Origin: Deltaproteobacteria bacterium
GTDB taxonomy: Bacteria; Myxococcota_A; UBA796; SXON01
Assembly: GCA_014191855.1 (NCBI GenBank)
Contig: BJHF01000027.1
Span: 488 to 64,487 of the forward strand
Direction: 5' to 3'
DNA length: 64,000 nucleotides
Part shown: positions 43,371-52,397 of the stretch, piece by piece
Position numbering within the stretch: the stretch's first letter is position 1
Layout: every line of letters starts with the position of its first letter
Notes under the pieces: model-generated
What the model was told of the DNA's origin: nothing
Databases searched by the model: none
Seen by the model: only the letters and a program-made list of their open reading frames with translations
Program-made: the position numbers and the translations under genes

Positions 43371-43611
43371 CGCGAGGAGTCGAGTCCGCCCGGATGGCCG
43401 CTTCCCAGAGTCGAGTCGGTCTGTTTGCCACCGCTGGGCTGAACACCGTACGCCCCCGCAGCAAAGTCGGCGTTTGTCCGCGCCGTCTTGCGGTGGCGAC
43501 CGCGAAGGCATGGGCGCAGCCGCCGGCCGCCACCGCGCGGTCCCCCAAACGGCTGAACAGCCCTACTCGACTTCGCCCACCGGCCAATGCGGGCGACTCG
43601 ACTCGGACGCG
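43371..43611. repeat. large imperfect inverted repeat (about 60-nt arms, about 118-nt centre) carrying four GAGTCGAGTC motifs
   Basis: Arm 43371-43429 versus the reverse complement of 43549-43611 gives about 45 of 62 matched positions by eye. GAGTCGAGTC sits at 43377 and 43408. The inverted copies TACTCGACTT (43564) and GACTCGACTC (43595) are also present. Spacing is 31 nt within each arm. Confidence 0.65.
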
Positions 43612-43819
43612 GCCGCGCCGCGAGCCGCCGCGCCACCCGATCGGGCGACGCTCCCTGGATCCGCGGATCACCCGGATTGCCCTCCGTGTCTCCGTGGTGG
43701 ACCCGCCCTAGCACCAAGTTCTTGGCGTCTTAGCGTCGTTGCGCGCCCTTCTCTGAGCGCGCCCGGGGGTCTCCTCCCGAACACAATTGCCTCGAAACGC
43801 AATGGCAACGTCCTGACCC

Positions 43820-44611
43820 CTACCCCCGCAAAACCCCCACCGCCCGCTCCGGAAGCACCCCGTGCCCCGGCAAACCGACGCCCTCGGTGCGGAGCGACAC
43901 TTCCACCCGGGGGCGCAGCACCAATCGCCACGGCGTCCCGAACTCAACCGTAACGACGATCTCCGGGCCGCCGAGCCGCTCAGCCATCCTCGCCAATACC
44001 CGGTCGGCCAGCGCCGATACCTCCTCATACCCCGCCGGAAATTCCTCCCCTCCCCGCGTCGGCAACACCCACGTCTCAAAAGGCACCCGCGGCGCCCACG
44101 CCGCGATCGCCACGGCGCCATGGTTCGCCTCCACCACGCGCGCCCCGTTCTCGAGCTCCACGTCGCGCCACGGCGCGGGGTTGCTCGGCGCGATGTCGGT
44201 TGGGAGCGCGAGCAGCTCCCAAATCGGATGCCGACCTGGCGCGTCCACGCGAAAAATCGAGAAGCCGCGCAGCCGCGGGTCGCGGCGGAGCTCCGCGATT
44301 CGGTGCGCGGCGAACGCCAGCAACCGAGGGTCCGCGCTGCCGTGCGCCCCGAAGATCAGCTCGTGAGCCCCCACCGCGTCCCGCCGAACCCCGTGCGCCG
44401 CCACACGCACCCGCTCGTCCCCTTCGATGCCCAGCGCCGGAACCGGGTGAGGCACCACCACAAGCCCGTCGCGACGGTCGATCTCGGGCCCAGGTGCCGA
44501 ACACGCCCAGCAAGGCTCGCTTGGTGTTGGCGCCGGCCGCGCTCGATCCGGCCAGGAATCGTTCAACAACACGGTGACGCCCGTGACGGGGCAGGTGCGA
44601 AGCTCACGCAT
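43820..44611 (-). CDS. GalT-family (galactose-1-phosphate uridylyltransferase-like) protein with degenerate active site
   Basis: N-terminal R.CPVTG...CWAC (CxxC zinc motif). HGAVAIAAWAPRVPFETWVLP aligns with E. coli GalT [20 protein letters not shown]. The HPHGQIW block is replaced by GRHPIWE. Confidence 0.75.
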   Translation of the reverse strand: MRELRTCPVTGVTVLLNDSWPDRARPAPTPSEPCWACSAPGPEIDRRDGLVVVPHPVPALGIEGDERVRVAAHGVRRDAVGAHELIFGAHGSADPRLLAFAAHRIAELRRDPRLRGFSIFRVDAPGRHPIWELLALPTDIAPSNPAPWRDVELENGARVVEANHGAVAIAAWAPRVPFETWVLPTRGGEEFPAGYEEVSALADRVLARMAERLGGPEIVVTVEFGTPWRLVLRPRVEVSLRTEGVGLPGHGVLPERAVGVLRG

Positions 44612-44643
44612 GGGGTCGGCCGGAATGCTAACCTCGCTGCGCC

Positions 44644-45357
44644 ATGTACAGCCCTATCGACACGCTGCAAGCCACCGCCAAGCACCTCCAGGACAACATC
44701 AAGGGGCATGCCATCATGGGCATCGCCTGGTTCTTCGGGATCCAGTTCTTCGTCTGGGGCCTGATGATCGTCATGTTCGTCGGCATGTTCGGCGGGATCG
44801 CGATCACCTCGCAGAGCGAGGAGCTGGGCGGGGTGGCAATGTTGGGCGTGATTGGGGTGGGCGTGCTGTTCTACATGGCCTTCATCCTCGCGATCATGAT
44901 GGTGATGTACGGCTACCAGCGCGCGGCGCTCAAGGAGATCGACGGCGAGGGGGACGTGACGTTCGGCGGGGTGTTCAGCGGCGCGCTCGCGTGCATCGGC
45001 ACGATCATCGCCCTCGGCTTCGTCAACTCCTTCCTGAGCATCGTCGGCATCTTGATGTGCTACGTCGGCATCTTCGTCACTGTGGTCCCGCTGCGCTTCA
45101 CGTTCCTCCTCACGGTGGACAAGGGTCTGGGCCTCACCGATGCGATGTCCCTGGCCTGGTCCACGTTCTGGGCCCGGCCGGCCGACCACTTCATCTGCTT
45201 CCTCACCGAGATGGGCATCAGCCTGGTCCTCTCGCTCATCCCGCTCATCGGGCCCATGATCGCGCTCCCGGCAATCGTGGTGTTCGACGTGAAGTCGTAC
45301 CGCGCGTTCTTCCCCAGGGAAGGCGGATCGGCGGCTATGTCCACCACTCCAGCCTGA
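44644..45357 (+). CDS. hypothetical polytopic membrane protein
   Basis: 237-aa ORF with an ATG start and 5-6 hydrophobic helices. It is visibly less GC-rich than its neighbours, as is typical of membrane proteins. Its 3' end overlaps the convergent GH57 gene by 23 nt. Confidence 0.65.
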   Translation: MYSPIDTLQATAKHLQDNIKGHAIMGIAWFFGIQFFVWGLMIVMFVGMFGGIAITSQSEELGGVAMLGVIGVGVLFYMAFILAIMMVMYGYQRAALKEIDGEGDVTFGGVFSGALACIGTIIALGFVNSFLSIVGILMCYVGIFVTVVPLRFTFLLTVDKGLGLTDAMSLAWSTFWARPADHFICFLTEMGISLVLSLIPLIGPMIALPAIVVFDVKSYRAFFPREGGSAAMSTTPA

Positions 45358-47002
45358 GATCCTCGAAGCAGGGATCATGCAGGCGGATGTCGTGGAGCTC
45401 GGCCGTCGCGAGCTCGTCGTCCTCCAGACCGCGCGCCCGTGCGTCGGTGATCGTGCAGGCGCGGTCGAAGCGGGCGAGGTGGTCGCAGAAGCGGCGGTAG
45501 CCGTAGTCGACGGCGCCGCGCGTCTTGATCACGAACTGCCAGTCGCTGGCCTGCAACAACAGCAGCTCCTTCGCGGCTAACTGGAGCGGCTCGGCAACAG
45601 CGGGCGAGCCCCGCCAGTCCACGCGCCCCAGCAGGTCGAGGAACCGATCCTCCGCGCCGTGCGCGGCCTCCCACATCCACTTCGTCTCGTCGTTGATCCA
45701 CACCCGATGGTCGCCGCCTTCGCCCCAGCTCCCCTCGGGAAGCGTGACCACCTTGTCGGCCGGGTGCTCCCGCAGCATCCTCGATACGGTCGAGGGCGTA
45801 ACGGCGCCGTCCCCGGCGAACGCGGCCATGACTTCCCGAATGAACCGCGGGCCTTCGTGCCACCAGTGGCCGAACAATTCCGCGTCAAAGGGCGCCACCA
45901 CCACGCCGTGGCGGCCTGTCTTCTCGTGGTAGCGGCGAAGCAAACTCGTGACGACGGCCGAGAAGTGCTGTGCGTGGGCGTAAACGGCGCCTTGAACCTC
46001 ATCCGGCGCGTACGGCAGCTTCGCACCCAGGTCGGTCTTCGGCCCGGTTACCCGCCAGTACCGCAGCCCATCGCGACCGTGGCGTTTGTGGAACTCGAGG
46101 TACCGACCATCCCCCGGATACCCCACGTCCCCGCTCCACACCTGCTCGCTCACCTCCGGGTGCCGCGCGAGGGCCACGAGGCGCCCCGGCCCGCCGTCGC
46201 TCGAGATGAGGTGCGGCTCCAGAACGCTCCGCCACCCGCGGGTATCGTCCCACACGCCCTGATCCCACGGCACTTTGGTGAAGCCAGAGGCCGTTTGGGT
46301 GCCTTCGCTTCGAGCGCCGTTGAACAAGTGGGCATCGACGAAGAAGAAGCCCACGCCCTCGTGCCCGAAGCACTCCTCCACGCCTGCACGCATACGCGGC
46401 GAGGAGTCCCCCACCGGCGGCGTCCACGGGCCCCCCGGACGATACGCGCACTCCGGGAGCCAGGCGCCCGCCGGACGAAATCCGAGGCGGCGCTCGCTCG
46501 TGTGTACACCTGCTCGAACCTGGGCTCTCGCGCACGCGTCGTGGCGGATGAGGGGCATGTAGCCGTGCGTGGCGTTGCTCGTGAGGAGCTCGATCACACC
46601 CCGCTGGGCCAACGCGCCAAACGCACGAGGTATGTCGCGCCCGATCGCGTCGAACTGCGCCAGCAAGGCACGGAAGTGCGCGGCTTGCCCCTCCGCCAGC
46701 CAGGCCAGATGCAGGTCGCCGCGGCCGGTGAACTCCGCTTGATCGTGTACCGCGCGGGCCGCCTGCTCGCCGAGCCAGCGCACGAACCCTGTTTGGAAGC
46801 GCGGATGCCCGAGCTGCTCCAACAACACCGGCATCAGCCCCAGCGTTACTGGGCAATCTCCGAGCTCGAAGGCGGTGAGCAGCGGGAGGTACGTCTCCGC
46901 AGCGGCCTCGAACAACCATACCTCGCCGTGCGGCCAGTGCCCGTGGTGCAGCACCCAGGGCAGGTGCCCGTGCAGCACGAGGCAGAAGCTGCCGATCGCC
47001 AC
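45335..47002 (-). CDS. GH57-family 1,4-alpha-glucan branching enzyme
   Basis: FCLVLHGHLPWVLHHG...WLFEAAAETYLPLL, WLPECAY (nucleophile Glu) and FDAELFGHWWHEG (acid/base Asp) are GH57 branching-enzyme blocks. Confidence 0.88.
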   Translation of the reverse strand: MAIGSFCLVLHGHLPWVLHHGHWPHGEVWLFEAAAETYLPLLTAFELGDCPVTLGLMPVLLEQLGHPRFQTGFVRWLGEQAARAVHDQAEFTGRGDLHLAWLAEGQAAHFRALLAQFDAIGRDIPRAFGALAQRGVIELLTSNATHGYMPLIRHDACARAQVRAGVHTSERRLGFRPAGAWLPECAYRPGGPWTPPVGDSSPRMRAGVEECFGHEGVGFFFVDAHLFNGARSEGTQTASGFTKVPWDQGVWDDTRGWRSVLEPHLISSDGGPGRLVALARHPEVSEQVWSGDVGYPGDGRYLEFHKRHGRDGLRYWRVTGPKTDLGAKLPYAPDEVQGAVYAHAQHFSAVVTSLLRRYHEKTGRHGVVVAPFDAELFGHWWHEGPRFIREVMAAFAGDGAVTPSTVSRMLREHPADKVVTLPEGSWGEGGDHRVWINDETKWMWEAAHGAEDRFLDLLGRVDWRGSPAVAEPLQLAAKELLLLQASDWQFVIKTRGAVDYGYRRFCDHLARFDRACTITDARARGLEDDELATAELHDIRLHDPCFEDLRLEWWT

Positions 47003-49231
47003 CTAGGCTTCCAGTGAAGCAGAGATCTCAACGCGGCGCTTTTCCTGGCCCCACAGCTCCATCGGCCACCAGAAGTACAGGGCCACCCCCTGGAATACGG
47101 GCGCGACGCCGCGCGGCGAGCGGCTGATCGTCTCGATGGGGAAGTGCCACACCCGGGCCGGCTGCCGCGGCGAGAGCGTGAAGCGGAAGCCCCGCTGCAT
47201 GTCTACGAGGCTCAGCTCCGTCAGCTCGTCCAACTCACCCGCTTCATCCAATCGAATCCGGCGACCGTTCCCGGTTTCGAGGAAGGTGTCCGGGCCACAG
47301 GAGGAGTCGAGGTTGATGTCGATCCCCACGGCGAAGCGCGTACGCACCGGCTCGTGGTAGCGGTTCACGATCTCGTAGCGCACCTCCACCAGCGGCACGT
47401 CTTTCGGGAATACATAGCGTTTCACCAGACGAACGAGCCGCAGCGCCGTTCCCTCCACCACGTTCCCGTCGCGCGCCAACGACACCGCGACTTCGCTCGC
47501 CGAGTCGTCGTGCACCGCGAGGAGCTGGTAGTCGGCGCCAACGAAGTCCCCCGCTTCGGCGTAGCGGCCCGTGCGGAGGTTTTGGAGCGTCGTCTCCGGC
47601 CCGAAGAAGTGGTCTACGAAGCCGCCGCGCACGTGGCGATCGTAGTGCAGGCGCGAAGCAAGGTCGATCCCCGAGAAGTGCATGACGCGATCGGTCTCGT
47701 CCACCGTCACTTCGTCCGTTTCGTCTTCGTCGTCGATGATGAGCGTCGTGACCTCCGGCGACTCCTCGATGAGCTGCGGGAGGTCGTCCCCGCGGAGCAC
47801 CGCGTCGTGGTGCGGCTCACCCACCCGCGTCCGCACATTGAGCAGGTTGCCCGGGAGGGTCCACGAATCCAGCTCGGTGAGCGTGCCGCCCTGTGCAGGC
47901 GAGACGAACGCGCACAACGACGGCGTGCGAACGATCACTTCGTTACGACCGTCCCCGTCGTGATCGCTCTGTTCGACCATCAACCGGTCCGCGTCCCCAA
48001 GCGCCGTGTGAACCGCGTATTCGGCGCGAACAAGGTTCGACCACGCGTGGTGGCGGATGTCGCCAAGCTGCGCGCCCACGTCGGCGCCATGCACGTACGC
48101 GCTGCCGTTCTGGCCGCGGTACAGCGCCGCCGTTGCGTCCTCCAGCGCCTCGGTGAGCCCTTCGCCATCCCCACGGTGGCCCACGTCGTCGCGAAGCAAC
48201 GAGCGCAAGCGCGCGACTTCGCGCGACGTGCGGAGCATCCGCCGGTGGAGCCGAAGCACCTCGGGAGACGACGCCAATGTCGATTCCCACCCGGGGATCC
48301 TCAGGAATGGCGCGACGCGCTGGAGCGAGGGGTCGGTGCCGCGGCGCACGTCGGCCAGGAGCGTCTGCCAGGCCGCCCCGGGGCCGCCGCCCAGCGCCGA
48401 CGCCGCAACCGACATCTGCACGCTCGCCGGCGGATAGATCCGCCCCGAGGGCCGCAGTCGATCGAGCACCGTGCCGAAGTGCGCCAGCTTCAACCAAGGA
48501 GAAGCCTCCACGAGCGCAAGGAAGAAGCGCCGAACCCAGGCGCGCTCTCCGCTGAATGACCGCGTAGACGAGCTCTCCAGGGCGGCGCCGAAATCCTCGC
48601 CGCGCATCACCATCGTGACCACCCGATTGCCTGCCCGAGCCCGCGCCGCGAGGTGCTCGATCACCTTCTGGGGCGAGGCCGACGGAGCCATCCGACTCAG
48701 CACCGGATCCGCGCCGAACAACGCCAGGATGCTGCCTTCCCGCTCGGCCAGCCAGTACCCGTCTCCATTCGCGCCGGAACCAAGCTGCGAAACCTCCAGC
48801 ACCGAGAACTGCACGCCGAGGCGGCCGAAGATCCGCGGGGCTACCGGATCCCAACCGTAGTAGGGTAGCCATGCGCCGCGCACGCGCACGTCCCCGTGCT
48901 GCCGCCACCAGCGAAGGCACACCTGCACCTGCCCCACGGCGTCCCGCTCCGGCAGGCTCGGCAGCACCGCTCCGCCGTGTAGCCCGCCGAGGATCTCGAT
49001 TCGGCCAGCGTGAACGAGCTTGTAGAGCTGCTCCAGGCGCTCGGGAGCGTGCAATTCCATCCACTCGACCAACAGCCCGCTCCAGTGCATCGACACCTTG
49101 AGCGCCGTGAACTCGTCGAGCAGGTCGAGCATCGGGAAGTACGCCCGCTCGCACGAGCGACGCACCTCCGTTCCCGTGGTGCCGGGCGGCTGGGTGTTCG
49201 TGATGCACAGGACGAGGCCGAGGTTCTGCAC
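47003..49231 (-). CDS. GH57-like alpha-amylase/4-alpha-glucanotransferase-domain protein, apparently catalytically degenerate
   Basis: The GH57 N-terminal architecture is present (LGLVLCITNTQPPG...YFPMLDLL...GLLVEWM). The expected HxHQP is ITNTQP, WL.ERVW is WLPYYGW, and DDGEKFG is MRGEDFG. The start was chosen at GTG 49231. An ATG at 49339 would overlap the divergent gene. Confidence 0.8.
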   Translation of the reverse strand: MQNLGLVLCITNTQPPGTTGTEVRRSCERAYFPMLDLLDEFTALKVSMHWSGLLVEWMELHAPERLEQLYKLVHAGRIEILGGLHGGAVLPSLPERDAVGQVQVCLRWWRQHGDVRVRGAWLPYYGWDPVAPRIFGRLGVQFSVLEVSQLGSGANGDGYWLAEREGSILALFGADPVLSRMAPSASPQKVIEHLAARARAGNRVVTMVMRGEDFGAALESSSTRSFSGERAWVRRFFLALVEASPWLKLAHFGTVLDRLRPSGRIYPPASVQMSVAASALGGGPGAAWQTLLADVRRGTDPSLQRVAPFLRIPGWESTLASSPEVLRLHRRMLRTSREVARLRSLLRDDVGHRGDGEGLTEALEDATAALYRGQNGSAYVHGADVGAQLGDIRHHAWSNLVRAEYAVHTALGDADRLMVEQSDHDGDGRNEVIVRTPSLCAFVSPAQGGTLTELDSWTLPGNLLNVRTRVGEPHHDAVLRGDDLPQLIEESPEVTTLIIDDEDETDEVTVDETDRVMHFSGIDLASRLHYDRHVRGGFVDHFFGPETTLQNLRTGRYAEAGDFVGADYQLLAVHDDSASEVAVSLARDGNVVEGTALRLVRLVKRYVFPKDVPLVEVRYEIVNRYHEPVRTRFAVGIDINLDSSCGPDTFLETGNGRRIRLDEAGELDELTELSLVDMQRGFRFTLSPRQPARVWHFPIETISRSPRGVAPVFQGVALYFWWPMELWGQEKRRVEISASLEA

Positions 49232-49282
49232 GGGCCCGGAGACTAACAAAGAAACGGCCCCCCCGTCGGCTAAGAGGGGCCC

Positions 49283-50035
49283 ATGCCTGACGCTCCCTGC
49301 GCGCTCCGCGGCGACGAGCCCCCGGCGCTGTACTGGCACGTCGGTACGGCCACGGGCGCCGGGCTGCTCACCGTGGGAGCCGAGGTTGGTCGCGACACAC
49401 TCGCGCCGACGGCATGCCGTTGGTGCGCCACGAACGCTTTCGATCGCGGTGTCCAGGGATCGCTCCGCTGGGCCGATCCCGCGGCGGCGGATGACCTCTC
49501 CGACGGGATGGCGTTCGCCGCGGTCCCGCTCCTGGTCGGGGGGGCGATTGTGGGCCTTCCCGTCACGAACGGCACGTCAAACGACTGGTTTCCCAACATG
49601 GTCTACGTCGCCGAGGCGGTGGCGATCACTGGCGCGCTCAACCAGGGCATCAAGCTCACCGCGGCGCGGGAGCGGCCCTCCACCGAGGGATCCAGCGACG
49701 ACAACCTGTCGTTCTACTCGGGCCACACCGCGCTGGCGTTCGCCGCCGTTGCTTCCGCGGGCACCGTCGCCGAATTGCGGGGATATCGGGGCGCCTGGGC
49801 GGTGTGGACGGTCGGGATTCCGATGGCTTCATTCGTCGGCTACCTGCGCGTTGCCGGCGACCAACACTGGGCTTCCGACGTGCTGGTTGGCGCAGCCGTG
49901 GGCGGCGGCACCGGGGTGTTGATGCCGCTGCTGCTGCATCCGCGGGTGGCGCGTGCGGCGTCGTGCACCGGTGACCTGAGCGTAACCGTGATGCCGGGAC
50001 CTACGCCAGGAGTGGTGGTTCAGGGGAGGTTTTAG
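49283..50035 (+). CDS. PAP2-family phosphatase (membrane)
   Basis: KLTAARERP...YSGHTALAF...LRVAGDQHWASDVLVGA are PAP2 motifs. ATG preceded by AGAGGGG. Confidence 0.8.
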   Translation: MPDAPCALRGDEPPALYWHVGTATGAGLLTVGAEVGRDTLAPTACRWCATNAFDRGVQGSLRWADPAAADDLSDGMAFAAVPLLVGGAIVGLPVTNGTSNDWFPNMVYVAEAVAITGALNQGIKLTAARERPSTEGSSDDNLSFYSGHTALAFAAVASAGTVAELRGYRGAWAVWTVGIPMASFVGYLRVAGDQHWASDVLVGAAVGGGTGVLMPLLLHPRVARAASCTGDLSVTVMPGPTPGVVVQGRF

Positions 50036-50065
50036 GGGGATCTGGGCGATGCCCTGGGCCTCTTC

Positions 50066-51241
50066 TCAGGGACGAAGGGCGTCGCCGGGCATCGCGGTGC
50101 CCGCCAGGATCCCTGGCAACCGCGCGAGTCCCTCCCCGAACGGAAGCACCTCCACCCCGTCTTCGATGTACGCGCGGTCGCCCCCGTAGAACAACCATAG
50201 CTTCGCTGGAGGATAGTCCGCCGCAAAGGACTGCAAGCCCACGAAGTCCTCCCGCCGCAGTCGAGGGGCGCGCTTCACCTCGAACGCATGGAGGCCGCGC
50301 TCGCCGTACAGCACGAGGTCCACCTCCTCGCCGGTTCGAGTTCTCCAGTACGAGAGAGCGTAACCGAGGTCTGCAGCGTCGTTATGCGCCCGCGCCTCTT
50401 GAAGCAGGAGCGTTTCGAGCGCGGCCCCGTCGATCTCTTCGGGGGTGTCGAGCGGGCCGCGAGGGCGAAGCGTCCGAAACACCCCAGCGTCGAAGAAGAA
50501 GAACTTGGGGTGGGTGACCAGCGCCCGGCTCTCCCGACGGCTGAACACCGGCAGTCGCACGGCCACGAGCAGATCCTCCAGCACGGAGAACCAGTCCTCC
50601 ACGACCTTGCGCTGCACCGAACACTCGCGCGCCACGTTGGCCATGTTGAGCGGAGCTGCCTGAGAGAAGCTCGCCGCCTCAAGAAAGCGCGCGAAGCCGG
50701 GCAAGTTCCTCGTCACCCCCTCGGCCTGCACCTCCTCCCGTAGCCACGTTTGGACGTAGTCTCGCAGGTACGCGCGGGCGGCCTCGTCGTCGGGCCGCGT
50801 AACTGCGAACGGGAGTCCGCCGCGGTCAAGCGCCACACGCAAGCTCCAACCGGCCCCCACCTCCGCGCGAACCAGCGGGTGCATCCGCCGGGTCAGCGCC
50901 CGGCCGGCCAATAGGTTCACCCCACCGCGCCTCAACTTCCGCGCGCTCGACCCCGTAAGGGCGAAGCGAAGGCCACGGGTCTCGATCAGGCGGTGCACCT
51001 CGTTGAGCACCTCGGGCACGCGCTGCACTTCGTCGATCACCACCCAGCCGCGATGGTCCGCTGGGAGTCGCCGCTCAAGCCGTGACGGGTCTGCGAGCAG
51101 GTCCAGATACACAGCGGAGTCCAGCAGATCGAACCATGCGGCCCCGACAAATCGCTCCTTCAACCAGGTAGATTTTCCAGTTCCCCGAGGGCCAAACAGG
51201 AAGAAGCTGCGTTCGGGGACGGGGTTCAATCTGGAGTGCAC
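50066..51241 (-). CDS. AAA+ ATPase of the AAA_14/DUF4143 family
   Basis: FLFGPRGTGKST (Walker A), VVIDEVQRVP (Walker B) and LTGSSARKLRRGGVNLLAGRA, with a C-terminal DUF4143-like region. Confidence 0.88.
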   Translation of the reverse strand: MHSRLNPVPERSFFLFGPRGTGKSTWLKERFVGAAWFDLLDSAVYLDLLADPSRLERRLPADHRGWVVIDEVQRVPEVLNEVHRLIETRGLRFALTGSSARKLRRGGVNLLAGRALTRRMHPLVRAEVGAGWSLRVALDRGGLPFAVTRPDDEAARAYLRDYVQTWLREEVQAEGVTRNLPGFARFLEAASFSQAAPLNMANVARECSVQRKVVEDWFSVLEDLLVAVRLPVFSRRESRALVTHPKFFFFDAGVFRTLRPRGPLDTPEEIDGAALETLLLQEARAHNDAADLGYALSYWRTRTGEEVDLVLYGERGLHAFEVKRAPRLRREDFVGLQSFAADYPPAKLWLFYGGDRAYIEDGVEVLPFGEGLARLPGILAGTAMPGDALRP

Positions 51242-51270
51242 AGTTCCTTAATATCATACAAAAAGGAACT
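51242..51270. promoter_or_regulatory. AT-rich perfect inverted repeat directly upstream of the AAA_14 ATPase start
   Basis: AGTTCCTT (51242-49), then AATATCATACAAA, then AAGGAACT (51263-70). It abuts the start codon at 51241 on the minus strand. This is the most AT-rich spot in the neighbourhood. Confidence 0.45.
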
Positions 51271-51338
51271 GGCGGTTCCGAGTTGCGATCGTCGGCAGCA
51301 TACGAGGCCGCGGGCCCGCAGACATCGCCGGCCGAGGC

Positions 51339-52190
51339 TCAAGGCACTTCCGTGAACCGGCCGGGGTCAAACGCAAAGTCGCCCAACGAAGCCGGCACTG
51401 AAGCTCCGGGCGTGTAGTAGTGAGCATCGAGGGCGGAGGTCGGAGCTCCGTCGCTGAAGTCCGGGTAGTTGAGGCCCGCAGGGGTTTCATCCGACTCAAA
51501 CCAGTCCGCCGGTAGTGGAGGGTCAATCTCAAACCTGGCAAATGCGACACTGACCCGGCCCGGAACCCCATCCCCATCCCGACGCTCCAGCCAGGACAGC
51601 GATGGGCTTTCCCGATCGTCATTCTCGGCGACCAGCAGGGACGGGCGGCCGTCTGCGGTGAAGCGTACGGTGAGGCGCCACCCGCCCGGGGGCAGCCCGG
51701 ATGGACGCAGATGAATGAAGTAGGCGCTCCGCTCCAGGGCCGGCGGCTCGTGATTGACCCAGCGCGTTCCTTCCGAGCGAACCTGGGCAATGAGCGCCTT
51801 CATCACGTCAGTGGTCTCGCGAGTCGCGATGCTCCCGCGTGGCTCGGCCTGACGGACCCGCCCCAGGGAGTCTCGGTATGCTGGGACCGCCACCGGCGGA
51901 TCCGCTGGCGCCCAGCGCCGTCGCCCCCCACCCCCACGGTCCATCACCACCACTCCGTCCGAGCGAACGCTCCACATGGACTCGTGCAGTCCGTTGGAAA
52001 AACCTCCCAAACAGTCCCAGGACGCATCAGGATCCACCAGCCAAACCCGCAGCGTCCCCGCGCTCCGAACCGCGTCGCGGAAGGCGACCACCCCCTCCGG
52101 AAGACTCCGGTCATCCACGGCTTCGCTGGTTCCGCCTGGCGGGTGTGTACGGCATCCGCCCACGGCCAACACAAACAGCAGCAACCGCAT
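51339..52190 (-). CDS. lipoprotein of unknown function
   Basis: The internal ATG at 52190 gives MRLLLFVLAVGGC (signal plus lipobox). The Arg/Lys-rich upstream ORF extension was rejected. Confidence 0.6.
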   Translation of the reverse strand: MRLLLFVLAVGGCRTHPPGGTSEAVDDRSLPEGVVAFRDAVRSAGTLRVWLVDPDASWDCLGGFSNGLHESMWSVRSDGVVVMDRGGGGRRRWAPADPPVAVPAYRDSLGRVRQAEPRGSIATRETTDVMKALIAQVRSEGTRWVNHEPPALERSAYFIHLRPSGLPPGGWRLTVRFTADGRPSLLVAENDDRESPSLSWLERRDGDGVPGRVSVAFARFEIDPPLPADWFESDETPAGLNYPDFSDGAPTSALDAHYYTPGASVPASLGDFAFDPGRFTEVP

Positions 52191-52397
52191 CGTCGCCTTC
52201 CATCGCGAGTGCAACATGGCCTGTCGCGGCCGCTCCCGACCACCTCCCCCTTTGCGTCTCTGCGCCTTCGCGCGCCCTTCTTCCTTCTCTTCCGGGGCTC
52301 TTCGCTGCTGCCGACGCCCTCCCACTCCCCGCGCCGAAGGCGCCCTCCCCCGCGCCGCCAGGCGCGTCTCCCCGTAGCCCGTCCCCCGAAGCCCCCC

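Noticed and set aside
43690-43830. Possible tmRNA (ssrA) on the minus strand. GCGCGCAACGACGCTAAG resembles the start of an A-N-D... tag ORF, GGGTCCACCA resembles a 3' CCA end, and a GGGG-rich 5' end lies near 43825.
   Set aside because: There is no T-arm (GGTTCGAnTCC), and no acceptor-stem complementarity between the putative 5' and 3' ends. The CCA-like string lies immediately after the tag-like region rather than at the RNA end. The in-frame peptide would end ...TPRTWC instead of a hydrophobic xLAA-type tail.
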